Shown: positions 62,708 to 64,000 of the stretch, piece by piece
How positions within the stretch are numbered: position 1 is the stretch's first letter
Layout of the letters: every line of letters begins with the position of its first letter
NCBI GenBank assembly: GCA_001643675.2
Contig: LSRY02000012.1
Span: 1,054,001 to 1,118,000, forward strand
Source: Monocercomonoides exilis PA203
Lineage: Eukaryota; Protista; Preaxostyla
Direction of reading: 5' to 3'
DNA: 64,000 nucleotides
Made by a program: the position numbers and the translations under genes
The notes under the pieces: model-generated
Told to the model about the DNA's origin: nothing
Database searches by the model: none
Seen by the model: only the letters and a program-made list of their open reading frames with translations

Positions 62708-63009
62708 ACATTTCATTTCTTCTTTTAGCTATTTGGATGGTTAAGCGAAGAACATGCTAACTATGCTTTTGCAACTGTTAACTTTTTTAACATTGTTATT
62801 AACTTTTAGAAGTGAAATTTAAAATAGCACATATATGAAATTGTTATAATTGGTTTAAAACGAGAAAAAAGCAAAATTATTTTGATCTTACCCTCAAATT
62901 ATTTGATGAGATATACTTATAATTGCCATAATTATTTAAAATTTTTAATTCAAATTTTGCTATTATTTATCGTTTGAACGCAACACATCTTACATAAAAG
63001 TAAATAAGA

Positions 63010-63468
63010 ATGCCTCCTTCAAAGAAATCAAGACCATATAAAAAGCCAGATATTCAATGCCCAGAGATTATTGTTGATAAAAAACATGGAACAAAATATC
63101 GTCGTGGAGAAGTTCTTGGGCAAGGAGGGTTTTTATATCTTTTTAATGATTTCTTTGCTATTGATGCTTATTTTTAACAACTAAAATTTTAGCTTTGCAA
63201 AAGTATTTGAATTTATAAATTGCCAAACTTTTGAAACTTTTGCTGGAAAAGTTATTCCGAAAAGTTCAGTAATGGAAGAGAGAAAAAAGCAAAAACTGTT
63301 TTCAGAAATAAAAATTCAAAGCTCTTTACATCACGAAAGCATTGTCCAGATGGTTCATGCATTTGAAGATTCTCAAAATGTTTATCTTGTTTTGGAACTA
63401 TGCACAGACAAGGTCTGAAGAGAAAATGTTGAAATGATTTTGAAGATTTATTATAATTTGATTGCTAT

Positions 63469-63499
<31 letters not shown>

Positions 63500-64000
63500 G
63501 TTTTTAAAGTCTTTGATGGATATCGTTAGGAAAAAGAAACGCCTTTCAGAAGATGAAGCGAGATATTTCATGAAACAGATAATACCAGCAATACGTTATT
63601 GCCATGAACGAAATGTAATTCATAGAGATTTAAAATTAGGGAATATATTCATGGGAATTGGTAATAAATGCAAAGTCGGAGACTTTGGATTGGCTGCCCA
63701 TTTATCAGCAAGAAATGAAAGGAGGCACACAATATGTGGAACGCCAAATTATATTGCTCCAGAAGTGTTATACGGCGGGCAAAGCGGCCATTCTTTTGAG
63801 GTTGACATTTGGTCGTTGGGAGTTATTCTCTACACAATGCTCATTGGGAGAGCACCATTTGAGACAGCCCATGTGAAAGATACCTACAAACGAATCAAAG
63901 AAGCCGAATTTCACTTTCCTTCTTCTGTCATTTTGTCAGACGGAGCAAAGGCATTAATCAGATGGATGCTGGCGAAAGAGGCCCAAGACCGCCCGTCTCT
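63010..64000 (+). CDS. PLK1: Polo-like kinase, 5' part (runs off the window); introns 63129-63192 and 63413-63509
   Basis: LGQGGFAKVFE..AGKVIPK..KLFSEIKIQ..VYLVLELC..IHRDLKLGNIF..KVGDFGLAA..RHTICGTPNYIAPEVL..GHSFEVDIWS. HRDLKLGN and GHSFEVD are Polo signatures. Confidence 0.92.

Overview
AT-rich, compact eukaryotic DNA with short GT-AG introns, standard genetic code and proteins full of poly-Ser/Glu/Asp tracts. The style and one gene family suggest an oxymonad such as Monocercomonoides (inference, not verified). The left block (1-38.1 kb) is gene-dense. It holds a Kelch/Cys-rich multi-pass membrane protein, a 7-intron bacterial-type histidine phosphatase, a ~4,100-aa LRR-PP2C phosphatase, a charged hypothetical protein, CDC45, Sm D2, a 3,632-aa URB1/Npa1-like protein, NEDD8 and tRNA-Val(CAC). 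The right block (53.2-64 kb) holds two hypothetical proteins, an EEF1AKMT4/METTL13-like methyltransferase, RPS24 and a Polo kinase truncated by the window edge. Between them (38.1-52.9 kb) is a ~15 kb accessory island. It begins with a 704-bp palindrome 7 bp upstream of the tRNA and ends with two related fold-back MITE-like palindromes. It also contains microsatellites, decayed coding sequence and three old paralogues of a lineage-specific family. These paralogues share a nearly identical, indel-free 650-666 bp 5' tract, including introns, but have diverged upstream flanks and last exons. That constant-5'/variable-3' arrangement in alternating orientation is the most notable signal. It could reflect gene conversion or an inversion switch, but an assembly or polishing artefact must be excluded first.
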